Shown here one piece after another: positions 10,305 through 19,882 of a stretch of DNA of 64,000 nt. Under the pieces are notes generated by a model. The model was not told the origin of the DNA. It was given only the letters and a program-made list of their open reading frames with translations, and did no database searches. Numbering within the stretch: position 1 is the stretch's first letter; each line of letters begins with the position of its first letter. The position numbers and the translations under genes are program-made. Source of the DNA: Gammaproteobacteria bacterium (GTDB lineage: Bacteria > Pseudomonadota > Gammaproteobacteria > Pseudomonadales > Pseudohongiellaceae); assembly GCA_038148755.1 (NCBI GenBank), contig JAYQWA010000006.1:1782-65781 (forward strand). The letters are read 5' to 3'.

Positions 10305-11312
10305 ATGAAAAAAAGACGTTTTCTACAAGCTCTTTTTACTGGCGGTGCCGTTTCACTGGTGTCGACCCGTTCTCTGCAATCAAGACTTAGTGAACACAGG
10401 GTATTGGTCACTCAGGATCCAAACTCTACGATTGTACCCGTCGTTGAGCCCACGCCTGTTGAAAGCCCTTCCGGTCTGATAATTGACCAAAGTCCGCCAG
10501 AACCAGCAGCCATTATTCTCGAAGAAACCGTACTTGAAGAAGGCTTTAAGCATACTGAAAGAGATGTCGACCTGAATGATCTGGAAGACAAAGAAATTGA
10601 TGAGTATCTGGCTAAAATTCGAAATTTTGATGCCAATTTTAATAATGACATTTATTTGCTTGCAGCCAAACGAGAGCTGCTAAGCAGAACCATCAACCGT
10701 CTTGAACGGGTTCAAGACTATGTCGGTCACGGCAATTTCAATTTGATCGGCTTTGATGAAATGCTTTTCTTTGCTCGTAATTATGAATCCATCGGAGCTT
10801 TTGAAAAATCCGAGTTGGATTTTCTGGAAGAAATATTTTTTGCTGATGCCAATCAATATGGCTTTTTCGGTGAGAAAGTTACCCCTTAACTGACAACCCG
10901 TATTCCAATTCCTGATGTCGTCAAAATTCACGGCAGCGGACATTATCTTTTAAGAGGATCTTCCTACAACCTGTATCAGCAAATTAAACGCGATGTTGGT
11001 CAGCAACTATTAATAACTTCAGGAATACGCAATGTTGTTAAGCAAATGCATCTGTTCCTGGCTAAAACACTGCAGTCTGATCTTAACCTGTCAAAAGCTT
11101 CCCGGTCACTGGCGCCTCCGGGACATTCCTTTCACTGTATCGGCGACTTTGATGTCGGGAAAATTGGTTTGGGAGAACTTAATTTCACAGAAGATTTTTC
11201 CCATACCGAAGAATTCCGACGCATGGTTAATCTAGGTTATATAGATATCCGTTATACCGACACCAATCTCTATGGCGTCAGATATGAGCCCTGGCATATA
11301 AAAATTGCTTAA
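10305..11312 (+). pseudogene. Tat-signal M15 (VanY-like D,D-carboxypeptidase family) peptidase gene interrupted by one in-frame TAA at 10887-10889
   Basis: ATG 10305 gives MKKRRFLQALFTGGAVSLV (twin-arginine motif). The 10167 ORF and the 11046 ORF share one frame. Reading through the TAA gives ...FFGEKVTP*LTTRIPIPDVVKIHGSGHYLLRGSSYNLYQQIKRDVGQQLLITSGIRN...APPGHSFHCIGDFDVG...EPWHIKIA. The M15 Zn-site motifs (SxH..G..D, ExxH) lie after the stop. Confidence 0.6.
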
Positions 11313-11554
11313 GTTTTTTGTACCTCAAGAAATTTGCTTAGCTCTGCCATCGTAAAGGGCCAGGCTAACTCTCTTTCACTATCTTCAAATTTAAGCACAG
11401 GAATACGTACACCATATTCCTTCAGTAAATTTTCAGACTCAGTTATTTCAACCATGAACAGCGCCAAATCTGCTACATCTTGCTGATTAATCATGGCAGC
11501 TGCTTCATCACATAAATGGCAACCCAGTGTTGTATATAAATTTAATCTGCGCAT
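11309..11554 (-). CDS. Glutaredoxin-like small protein (DUF836/thioredoxin fold)
   Basis: 81 aa. Motifs LYTTLGCHLCDEA...RIPVL...LAWPF. Its ATG overlaps the pyrD TAA (TAATG). Confidence 0.7.
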   Translation of the reverse strand: MRRLNLYTTLGCHLCDEAAAMINQQDVADLALFMVEITESENLLKEYGVRIPVLKFEDSERELAWPFTMAELSKFLEVQKT

Positions 11555-12570
11555 TAATCTGCAACACTTGCGTCTATGGCTTCAGTAATTAATTCAGGGC
11601 CGCGATAAATAAAACCTGTATAAAGCTGAAGCAGATTGGCACCGGCTTTATATTTCCTTTCAGCACTTGCGTAATCATGAATACCACCCACACCAATGAT
11701 TGGAATAACGCCTCGTAGCTGGTGTTTCAGATTTCTAACGGTATCGACGGAAATGTTTTCCATAGGCGAACCGCTCAGGCCCCCAGTTTCATCAGAAAAC
11801 ACTGATTCTTCAACACCATTTCTAGAGACGGTCGTATTGGTCGCTATCACCCCGTCCATTTTGTAATACAGTAGCGCCTGTGCAATATCCTCACATTCAT
11901 TGACGCTAATATCCGGTGCAATTTTTAACAATAGCGGCACATACTTGTCATGCTTATCAGACAACATTTTTTGTTCAGCTTTCAAAACACTTAACAGGCT
12001 ATTAAGACCTTCTCCAAATTGTAAGGCACGCAAACCGGGGGTATTGGGTGAAGAAAGGTTAATGACTATGTAATCTGCAAAGGGATAAAGCTCCCGCAAA
12101 CAAAACAGATAATCTTCATGCGCCTGTTCTAAAGGCGTTGAATAATTTTTTCCGATATTAACACCCACAATTCCTTTGAAACGCCTGCGTTTAAGACGCT
12201 CGACCATATGTGCCACACCTTTATTATTAAAGCCCATCCGGTTTATCAAAGCCCCTTGCTTGTTTAACCGAAATAACCGGGGCTTCGGATTGCCCGGCTG
12301 GGCTCTGGGGGTCACAGTGCCTACCTCAATAAAGCCAAAACCCAAGGAGCCTAAAGCATCGATATAGTCCCCGTTCTTATCCAGGCCAGCAGCAAGCCCT
12401 ACCGGGTTGCTGAATTGCAAGCCGAAAGCTTCAACAGTCTTGTTTTTGCCACGGGAAGCAAGCAAAGATACCAGACCTAAAAGATAAATCAGTTTTAGGC
12501 CTTTAAGGCCAAGGTTATGGGAAAACTCTGCCGGAAAAAGAAAAAGAAGCCGACGGATCAGTGTGTACAA
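11554..12570 (-). CDS. pyrD: Dihydroorotate dehydrogenase (quinone), class 2
   Basis: 338 aa. Motifs GLAAGLDKNG, GFIEVGTVTP, NLSSPNTPGLR and IIGVGGI. Confidence 0.95.
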   Translation of the reverse strand: MYTLIRRLLFLFPAEFSHNLGLKGLKLIYLLGLVSLLASRGKNKTVEAFGLQFSNPVGLAAGLDKNGDYIDALGSLGFGFIEVGTVTPRAQPGNPKPRLFRLNKQGALINRMGFNNKGVAHMVERLKRRRFKGIVGVNIGKNYSTPLEQAHEDYLFCLRELYPFADYIVINLSSPNTPGLRALQFGEGLNSLLSVLKAEQKMLSDKHDKYVPLLLKIAPDISVNECEDIAQALLYYKMDGVIATNTTVSRNGVEESVFSDETGGLSGSPMENISVDTVRNLKHQLRGVIPIIGVGGIHDYASAERKYKAGANLLQLYTGFIYRGPELITEAIDASVAD

Positions 12571-12764
12571 AATAGCCCTACTCCATATTTAATCCATAAT
12601 ATAGTGCTTGAATTAGAAACTCACAAGCGTGAATTGCAAGTCTAAAATAGTCGATTAATCTCTATGATATCAGGCCTTTTAAGGCTGTTTAGGGTATCAT
12701 GTGCGACTTTATTTAAAGCATAACAATAACATTAGAACATCAACCCGCAGTAAGAGATCAAATT

Positions 12765-13724
12765 ATGCCTCAGAAAGAAATGATTGGAGCTTTGAAAAAC
12801 TGGCTCTCTCAGCAAATTATTGGTCAGGAGAAACTACTGGACCGATTGTTAATCGCACTCCTCGCAGACGGACATCTTTTAGTTGAAGGTGCACCAGGTC
12901 TGGCTAAAACCAAAGCTATAAAAAACCTTTCTGAGGCCATAGAAGGCGATTTCCATCGTATACAGTTTACTCCGGATCTTCTACCCAGTGATATCACCGG
13001 AACTGAAATCTTCCGTCCTGAGGATGGCAGCTTTACTTTTCAGCAAGGACCTATTTTTCATAATCTGGTGCTGGCCGATGAGATAAACCGTGCGCCAGCC
13101 AAAGTCCAGTCTGCCCTGTTGGAGGCTATGGCTGAGCATCAGGTTAGTGTCGGCCGAGAAACCTTTCACCTGCCGGATCTCTTTTTAGTCATGGCGACCC
13201 AGAACCCGATTGAGCAGGAAGGAACCTATCCTTTACCAGAAGCTCAGCTTGACCGTTTTTTAATGCATGTTACTGTTGACTACCCGGATACTGAATCTGA
13301 ACGCAAAATTCTGCATCTGGTTAGAAATGAAGCCATGCACCAGAACCCGACTCCACCTGTAGTCGTCTCTCAGAAAGATTTATTTGCAGCCAGGCAGGAT
13401 GTGCTTGGCTTGCATATGGCTGAAGCCGTCGAAGAATATATTCTGCAGTTGGTCATGGCTACGCGTAATCCTGCCCCCTATAGTGAAGAGCTGGCAAAAT
13501 GGATTGACTACGGTGCCAGTCCTCGTGGCACCATTTCTCTGGATATCTGTTCGAGGGCCCATGCATGGCTAAAAGGCAAAGATTTTGTAAGCCCCGAAGA
13601 TGTCCATGAAATTTTCCATGATGTCTTACGCCATCGTGTCCTTATCAGTTTTGAAGCAGAGGCTGCCGGTATAGATGCAAACCGGGTTTTGGATGAAGTA
13701 CTCACACTGGTACCTTCAGCTTAA
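12765..13724 (+). CDS. moxR: MoxR-family AAA+ ATPase (first gene of the Bat-type operon)
   Basis: 319 aa. Walker A GAPGLAKT, Walker B LVLADEINRAPAKVQSALLEAM, then ATQNPIEQEGTYPLPEAQLDRF. Confidence 0.92.
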   Translation: MPQKEMIGALKNWLSQQIIGQEKLLDRLLIALLADGHLLVEGAPGLAKTKAIKNLSEAIEGDFHRIQFTPDLLPSDITGTEIFRPEDGSFTFQQGPIFHNLVLADEINRAPAKVQSALLEAMAEHQVSVGRETFHLPDLFLVMATQNPIEQEGTYPLPEAQLDRFLMHVTVDYPDTESERKILHLVRNEAMHQNPTPPVVVSQKDLFAARQDVLGLHMAEAVEEYILQLVMATRNPAPYSEELAKWIDYGASPRGTISLDICSRAHAWLKGKDFVSPEDVHEIFHDVLRHRVLISFEAEAAGIDANRVLDEVLTLVPSA

Positions 13725-13737
13725 AACCTAATTTCAT

Positions 13738-14703
13738 ATGTCACGCAAACGCGAATTAAATATTCAACAAGAGCAGTTCCGTTGCCGCGGCGCTATGTTG
13801 AGTCTGCAGCAATTACTTGATCAGCGTCATATCGCCAAGGCACTGGAACTTTATCTGCAATCCCGCTCCCGGCTGGGAATGTCTGGTTCTCATATCTCCA
13901 AATCAAAAGGCCGAGGCGTTGATTTTGAAGAGCACCGGGCTTATCAGGCTGGCGATGACATACGAAGTATCGACTGGCGTGTCACTGCTCGAACTGGCAG
14001 ACCTTTTACCAAAATTTTCCGTGAAGAGCGGGAAAGACCCGTTATTATCGGCGTTGACCAAAGTCATCATATGTTCTTCGGCAGCCAGGTCAGCTTTAAA
14101 TCAGTTGTTGCTGCTGAAGTTGCAGCAATTCTATGCTGGTTGACCGTTGATAACGGTGACAGGGTTGGTGGCGTTGTTTTTTCTGATACTAATAGTGAAA
14201 TGGTAAAACCAAGGCGCGGTAAACGTTCTGCCTTGCGCTTTCTCAGCCTGCTGGCCGACTACAATCAAAATCTGCTTGGTCAGCATAAGCCTTTAGCAAA
14301 AACAGGAAAATCAAACCTGCGTGAAGCGTTGGAACATATTTATCGTATTACCCGGCCAGGCTCAACGATATATCTGATAAGTGATTTCGCTGACATGGAC
14401 AAAGTATCTCTGCAATATATGCAGCAGCTCTCTTTGCATAACAATCTCACCTGTATATTTATTTACGATATTCTGGAGACTCAATTACCTCAACCCGGTG
14501 TATACAATATTACCAATGGCAACGAAATGGAGACTATTGATACTTACGCTGCAGCTGTCCGAGAAAACTACCACCAGGCATTTGAGGATAAATTACAAAG
14601 TCTGCATGCTGAACTGAACTTAATAAAAGTACCTTTGATAAGCTTAAGAACCGACCAGATTGTTCTGGAGCAATTGGAAACATGGAATCAGAAGGCCCTT
14701 TAA
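13738..14703 (+). CDS. DUF58 domain protein (MoxR-associated, VWA-like)
   Basis: 321 aa. The motif GVDFEEHRAYQAGDDIRSIDWRVTARTG is diagnostic of DUF58. The gene starts 13 nt after moxR. Confidence 0.85.
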   Translation: MSRKRELNIQQEQFRCRGAMLSLQQLLDQRHIAKALELYLQSRSRLGMSGSHISKSKGRGVDFEEHRAYQAGDDIRSIDWRVTARTGRPFTKIFREERERPVIIGVDQSHHMFFGSQVSFKSVVAAEVAAILCWLTVDNGDRVGGVVFSDTNSEMVKPRRGKRSALRFLSLLADYNQNLLGQHKPLAKTGKSNLREALEHIYRITRPGSTIYLISDFADMDKVSLQYMQQLSLHNNLTCIFIYDILETQLPQPGVYNITNGNEMETIDTYAAAVRENYHQAFEDKLQSLHAELNLIKVPLISLRTDQIVLEQLETWNQKAL

Positions 14704-15242
14704 GCCAATTGGCGGATATTCATCTGCCCGATCCGGTTAGCATCTGGCCGCTTGCTCCCGGCTGGTGGTTCGTTATTATCCTGATTCTGGCAGGACTATG
14801 CTGGCTGGCTTTCCAGGCTTTACAGAAATTCATCTTGAATCAGCGTCTGCAAAGCGCGCAGCGTGAGCTTGAAAAAGCGATTCAAGCCTACCGTGAAACG
14901 GTCAGCAAAAAAGACAGCGATGAAAATAAGGCAGGACTGGATTATCTTTATGCGGTAAATGCCGTACTTAACAGGGTCGCCTTATATACCGACCCTAAAC
15001 GTTCGCGTGAAATCGCCAAACTTACCGGAAAAGCATGGCTTGATTATCTTGATCAATCCTTTGGTGGAACTGAATTCAAGGAAAGCGCTGGAAAGGTTCT
15101 CGCGGAAGGACAGTATCGGCCAGTTTTCATTGGTGAAATTGAAGCTCTTTATACTCTGGCACAAAACTGGATCAGTGCCTGTTACAAGAAAAAAAATAAG
15201 AGCAAAGCAAATGAACACAAAAATATCAGGGTGGTGGCATGA
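14682..15242 (+). CDS. DUF4381-like single-pass membrane protein of Bat operons
   Basis: 186 aa. Motif LADIHLPDPVSIWPLAPGWWF followed by a TM helix. Overlaps DUF58 by 22 nt and batA by ATGA. Confidence 0.6.
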   Translation: MESEGPLSQLADIHLPDPVSIWPLAPGWWFVIILILAGLCWLAFQALQKFILNQRLQSAQRELEKAIQAYRETVSKKDSDENKAGLDYLYAVNAVLNRVALYTDPKRSREIAKLTGKAWLDYLDQSFGGTEFKESAGKVLAEGQYRPVFIGEIEALYTLAQNWISACYKKKNKSKANEHKNIRVVA

Positions 15243-16279
15243 TTGAATTCGTCTGGCCCTGGGTTTTCATTTTGATACCGCTGCCCTATTTCATTAATCG
15301 CCTTATGCCACGGGCTGAAATTATTGAAGCTCCCCTTTTCGTGCCTTTTTTCACCTCACTGAAAACCGTCGTAAGTTCCAGCCCCAGGCTGGGCAGTCGC
15401 AGTTTGCTACTCTCTTTTCTGGCCTTGTTGTGCTGGCTGTTACTGGTCATCGCAGCCAGTCGTCCACAATGGGTAGGAGAACCTGTTCAGCTTCCCACAA
15501 CCGGACGAGACCTGATGTTATCCGTTGACATATCAGGCAGTATGGAGGCTCAGGATATCCAGTTGCAGGGGCGTAATGCGACCCGTCTGGAGGTGGTCAA
15601 GTCTGTCGTTGGAGATTTTGTAGAAAGACGTACCGGAGACAGGCTGGGATTAATTTTATTTGCAGCCAGAGCTTATACCCAGGCGCCTCTTACTTTTGAC
15701 CGTGAAACCGTTGGCATACTGCTCGATGAAGCTCAAATCGGTATTATTGAAGAAAATGCGACTGCCATAGGTGATGCGATAGGACTTGGCGTTCGTCACT
15801 TGCGCGAGCGACCGGAAGCCAGTCGTATACTGATCCTGCTGACTGACGGGGTAAACAATGCCGGCCAGGTTTCGCCATTGCAGGCAGGAGAACTGGCTGC
15901 ACGTGAAGGGATTCGGATTTACACGATTGGTATTGGTGCAGAAAGTGCCGCGCGTTCCTCCATTTTCAGCTCAAGAGCTGTCAATCCCTCTGCCGACCTT
16001 GATGAAGACACCCTAACTGAAATTGCTGAAAACACCGGCGGTCAGTATTTCAGAGCGCGTAACATAGAAGAACTGGAGCAAATTTATGCCATTCTGGATG
16101 AACTTGAACCGGTAGAGCAGGAAGATGAAACTTTCCGCCCTACTATTGCTCTATTCTACTGGCCTCTGGCTGCCTGTTTGCTATTAAGCTTTCTTATTGC
16201 ATTAAGCCGCTTACCGGCCTTAAACCCCTGGAAAAAAGCTTCTCCAGCCCCAATATCTATGACAGAAAGTAAAACCTAG
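15239..16279 (+). CDS. batA: VWA-domain membrane protein BatA
   Basis: 346 aa. N-terminal TM helices, MIDAS motif DISGSM, LLTDGVNN, and a C-terminal TM helix. Confidence 0.85.
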   Translation: MIEFVWPWVFILIPLPYFINRLMPRAEIIEAPLFVPFFTSLKTVVSSSPRLGSRSLLLSFLALLCWLLLVIAASRPQWVGEPVQLPTTGRDLMLSVDISGSMEAQDIQLQGRNATRLEVVKSVVGDFVERRTGDRLGLILFAARAYTQAPLTFDRETVGILLDEAQIGIIEENATAIGDAIGLGVRHLRERPEASRILILLTDGVNNAGQVSPLQAGELAAREGIRIYTIGIGAESAARSSIFSSRAVNPSADLDEDTLTEIAENTGGQYFRARNIEELEQIYAILDELEPVEQEDETFRPTIALFYWPLAACLLLSFLIALSRLPALNPWKKASPAPISMTESKT

Positions 16280-18082
16280 ATGAACGTTATGCCAACATTT
16301 ATCGAAAATTTTCATTTTCTGCGCCCACTGTTTCTGTTCGGGCTGATCCCTGCTGTTCTGCTGGTTGCTACATTAGGTTTTCTGCATAGCCGTAATTCCA
16401 GCTGGTATAAAGCCATTGATGCCTCTTTATTGCCTTTTTTGCTGGAACAAAATACCCGTTCCAGGCAATACCTGCCCTTGTACGGCCTGTTAAGCATCTG
16501 GGTACTCTCGATCATTGCCCTGGCTGGGCCTGTCTGGCAGCAGATACCTTCTCCTGTCCAGGAACGCGAAGATGCCATGGTTATTGTTCAGGATCTGTCT
16601 CTGTCCATGTATGCCACTGATTTAAACCCCAGTCGTCTGGTTCGTGCCCAGAGAAAACTTATTGATATTCTGAACAGCCGTAAAACTGAAGGACAGACGG
16701 CATTAGTTGTTTATGCCGGCAGTGCGCATACTGTCACCCCCCTTACCGACGATATCGCCACCATCAGCAATATGGTTTCTGCCCTGGACCCCAACATCAT
16801 GCCCCTACTGGGTAGTAAGCCGGAAGAAGGTATCCGCCTTGCTATTGAGTTATTGGACAATGCCCAGCTGACTGAAGCAAAAATTCTATTGATTACTGAT
16901 GGCATCAATAATGCTGATATAGATGCTATCAGTGACCAGCTAAACAACACACTGCATAGTTTGTCGATCCTAGGTGTTGGTACTGACGAAGGGGCACCTA
17001 TCCCGACCAATGACGGCTTCTTGAGAGATCAAAATAATGCCATTGTCATCCCTACACTAAACAGCAGTCTGCTGCAGGAGCTGGCTGATAGCGTTAATGG
17101 ACGTTATGCAAATGTTGTCTTGTCCGATAATGATATTGATTTCCTGCTTGAACAAACCCTACTGGATGAAACCCGAAACTTAAGAGATGTCGAGCAGGAG
17201 TTCGATACCTGGGCGGAAGCCGGTCCCTGGTTATTACTGCTGGTATTACCACTGGCCGCTTTTGCCTTCCGTCGAGGCTGGCTCCTTAGTATCTGCCTGT
17301 TATTTCTAATCAATCCACAACAACAGGCCCAGGCCCTAAGCTGGCAGGATCTGTGGGCAAACAAGAATCAGCAAGGCAGCCAGGCTTTTACGACAGAACA
17401 GTTCGACAGTGCATCCGAGTTATTTGAAGATGGGAACTGGCGTGCTGCCTCCTATTATCGTAATGGCAATTACCAGGCCGCCCTGAACGAACTAAATGCC
17501 CAGCAAGGTATCAATGCGGAATATAACAAAGGCAATACCTTGGCCCGTCTGGAACGCTATCAGGAAGCTATTGATGCTTACGATGCAGTTCTGGCAGAAC
17601 AGCCAGATCATGCTGATGCCTTATTCAATAAAGCCATAGTGCAAAACCTGTTAGAAGAACAGCAAAATATGCAAAATGAAGACGAACAGGAAGACGATCA
17701 GAGCCAGGAACAGGAGCAAAGTGAATCTGAACAGAGTCAATCAGAACAACAACAAAACCAGGAACAGGCCCAGCAAAGTGAACAGGACCAGGAAAACTCA
17801 GAGCAATCATCTGAGGAGCAGCAGGAATCCGAAGTGACGGATTCCGATGCCGGTCAGGAAGAGCAAAATGAGGAAGAAGAGCAAAGCCCTGATCCTGAAA
17901 CCGCTCAAACTCAGGAATCAGCTGAAGAAGAACAGGCCATGCAACAATGGCTGGGGCGTATCGAAGACGATCCCGGCGAATTACTCAGAAATAAGTTTCG
18001 TTATCAGACTCAACAATTGCTCTATGAGCAGTTGCAGAATTCTGGCATTCCAGCGACAGAGGCACCCAGTCAGATATGGTAA
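16280..18082 (+). CDS. batB: VWA + TPR fusion protein (BatB/BatC-like) with a long acidic/Gln-rich tail
   Basis: 600 aa. TM helices, VWA domain (QDLSLSM, LITDGINN), a TPR segment (YNKGNTLARLERYQEAIDAYDAVLAEQPDHADALFNKA), then an E/Q/D/S low-complexity run. The ATG abuts the batA TAG. Confidence 0.8.
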   Translation: MNVMPTFIENFHFLRPLFLFGLIPAVLLVATLGFLHSRNSSWYKAIDASLLPFLLEQNTRSRQYLPLYGLLSIWVLSIIALAGPVWQQIPSPVQEREDAMVIVQDLSLSMYATDLNPSRLVRAQRKLIDILNSRKTEGQTALVVYAGSAHTVTPLTDDIATISNMVSALDPNIMPLLGSKPEEGIRLAIELLDNAQLTEAKILLITDGINNADIDAISDQLNNTLHSLSILGVGTDEGAPIPTNDGFLRDQNNAIVIPTLNSSLLQELADSVNGRYANVVLSDNDIDFLLEQTLLDETRNLRDVEQEFDTWAEAGPWLLLLVLPLAAFAFRRGWLLSICLLFLINPQQQAQALSWQDLWANKNQQGSQAFTTEQFDSASELFEDGNWRAASYYRNGNYQAALNELNAQQGINAEYNKGNTLARLERYQEAIDAYDAVLAEQPDHADALFNKAIVQNLLEEQQNMQNEDEQEDDQSQEQEQSESEQSQSEQQQNQEQAQQSEQDQENSEQSSEEQQESEVTDSDAGQEEQNEEEEQSPDPETAQTQESAEEEQAMQQWLGRIEDDPGELLRNKFRYQTQQLLYEQLQNSGIPATEAPSQIW

Positions 18083-19851
18083 AACGTTCTATTATTCTTT
18101 TATTCTTCCTGCTCCCTTTACAGGCTTTCACCCAGGGGGATCTGTTAAGTGCCTACGTCGATCGCACGGAGGTATCCATTAATGATGTTTTTACACTGAC
18201 TCTCAGAGTAAATGCTGAATTAGCTGATACCAACCCGAATATAGACAGCCTGCAACAAGACTTTGAAATCATTGGCAGTAGTCAAAGAAACAGTTTCACC
18301 TTTATCAATGGTGTTTCTGAACAGTGGTCAGAATATCGCATTTCATTGCGTGCCCGTTCTACTGGCACACTGACAATACCCGCTTTCCGTATAGGCAATG
18401 AGGTCACTATGCCTATTAATATCACTGTAGCTGATGCTATTCAGAACCCTGTCAATACTGACGACTTTTTTCTTACTTCGACTGTCAGTAAAGAAAATGT
18501 CTATGTACAAGAACAGTTACTTTATACCGTTAAAATTTACTTCTCTGTGCCCTTTGACCAAGGCGCCCAGCTGGGTGCACCCGAAGCAGAAAACGCGGTT
18601 ATACAGCAACTAGGCAACGATATAAGCTCACAAGAAGTGCTAGATGGATTGCGTTATAACGTGATTGAAAGACGTTTTGTCCTGTTTCCGCAAAGTAGTG
18701 GCACCCTGGAAATTTCCCCGATTACTTTCAATGCAACTGTTGGCCGGCGCCGTTCTGGTAGTATTTTTTCAGGTCAGATGACGGGTGGGCGAACCATCAA
18801 TCTGAGTAGCGAGTCACATACTATCAATGTGCAGGCTAAACCGGACTCTTATCCGGCAGGTGCAACCTGGTTACCTTCGACTAACCTGTTACTGGAAGAA
18901 AACTGGAGCGACAGTTTACAAGGGCTGGAAACCGGTGAAGCGATCACCCGCAATCTCAGAATTCGTGCAGATGGTTTAAGCAGCTCCCTCTTACCTGATA
19001 TTCCTTACGCAGAAACTGATACGCTTAAATTTTACCCTGACCAGCCTAGCCGTGAAGACTTGGCTAGCCCCACTGGAGTCACCGGAATACGTTCACAAGG
19101 GACTGCCATCGTCGCCTCAGAAGGTGGAGATTTCACATTACCTGCGATAGAAATACCCTGGTGGAATACAGAGACTGACACCCTGGAATATGCCCGCTTG
19201 CCCGAACATACCTTAAGTGTACTGCCCGGCTTAACATCGATAACAGAACAACCACTTCCCTTTATGCCCGAGCAATCTGGCAGAGGCGAGCAGACTGAAG
19301 ACTCCCTGATAGCAGTAGAAAGGCAAATCATCGGAGCCTCTTATTACTGGATACTGGCCACAACTTTATTCGCACTAGCCTGGGTTTACAGCACAGTTAT
19401 GTGGTATCGCAGCAAGCTGACACTTAAGCAGTTTGCTACAGGAATGTTAAGTTCGACAAGTTCTGAAGCAGCGCAGAATGCCCGCGGGAGAACTAACGGA
19501 ACACAAACCCTTCAAGAAACCAATGTAGATACAGCCTATCGAGAGTTTCAACAAGCCTGTAAAAATTCCGACCTGTCTGCCATCAGGCTAAGCTTGTTAA
19601 GCTGGGTACGTTTACATTTTTCCAATGAAGCCATCACTACCCTGGAAAAACTCAAAGAATATGACCTGGAACCTCAGCTGCAAACGACATTGGATGAATT
19701 GGAATATGCTCTTTACAGCCCAAATGCAAACAACAAGAATTTCCAAACTGACGTATTAACGCAGGAAATCAGAAAATTATATAAACAGGGTTACAGGCCC
19801 AAAAACAAAACGGCAGAGCATCATACTCTGCCGCCTCTTTATAAGAATTGA
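18076..19851 (+). CDS. batD: BatD-like (oxygen-tolerance family) exported/membrane protein
   Basis: 591 aa. Signal peptide, long beta-rich ectodomain, one TM helix (YYWILATTLFALAWVYSTVMWY) and a cytoplasmic tail. The ATG overlaps the batB stop (ATGGTAA). Confidence 0.72.
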   Translation: MVKRSIILLFFLLPLQAFTQGDLLSAYVDRTEVSINDVFTLTLRVNAELADTNPNIDSLQQDFEIIGSSQRNSFTFINGVSEQWSEYRISLRARSTGTLTIPAFRIGNEVTMPINITVADAIQNPVNTDDFFLTSTVSKENVYVQEQLLYTVKIYFSVPFDQGAQLGAPEAENAVIQQLGNDISSQEVLDGLRYNVIERRFVLFPQSSGTLEISPITFNATVGRRRSGSIFSGQMTGGRTINLSSESHTINVQAKPDSYPAGATWLPSTNLLLEENWSDSLQGLETGEAITRNLRIRADGLSSSLLPDIPYAETDTLKFYPDQPSREDLASPTGVTGIRSQGTAIVASEGGDFTLPAIEIPWWNTETDTLEYARLPEHTLSVLPGLTSITEQPLPFMPEQSGRGEQTEDSLIAVERQIIGASYYWILATTLFALAWVYSTVMWYRSKLTLKQFATGMLSSTSSEAAQNARGRTNGTQTLQETNVDTAYREFQQACKNSDLSAIRLSLLSWVRLHFSNEAITTLEKLKEYDLEPQLQTTLDELEYALYSPNANNKNFQTDVLTQEIRKLYKQGYRPKNKTAEHHTLPPLYKN

Positions 19852-19882
19852 TCACCCATCTAGGCGATCAATCCCAATACAC

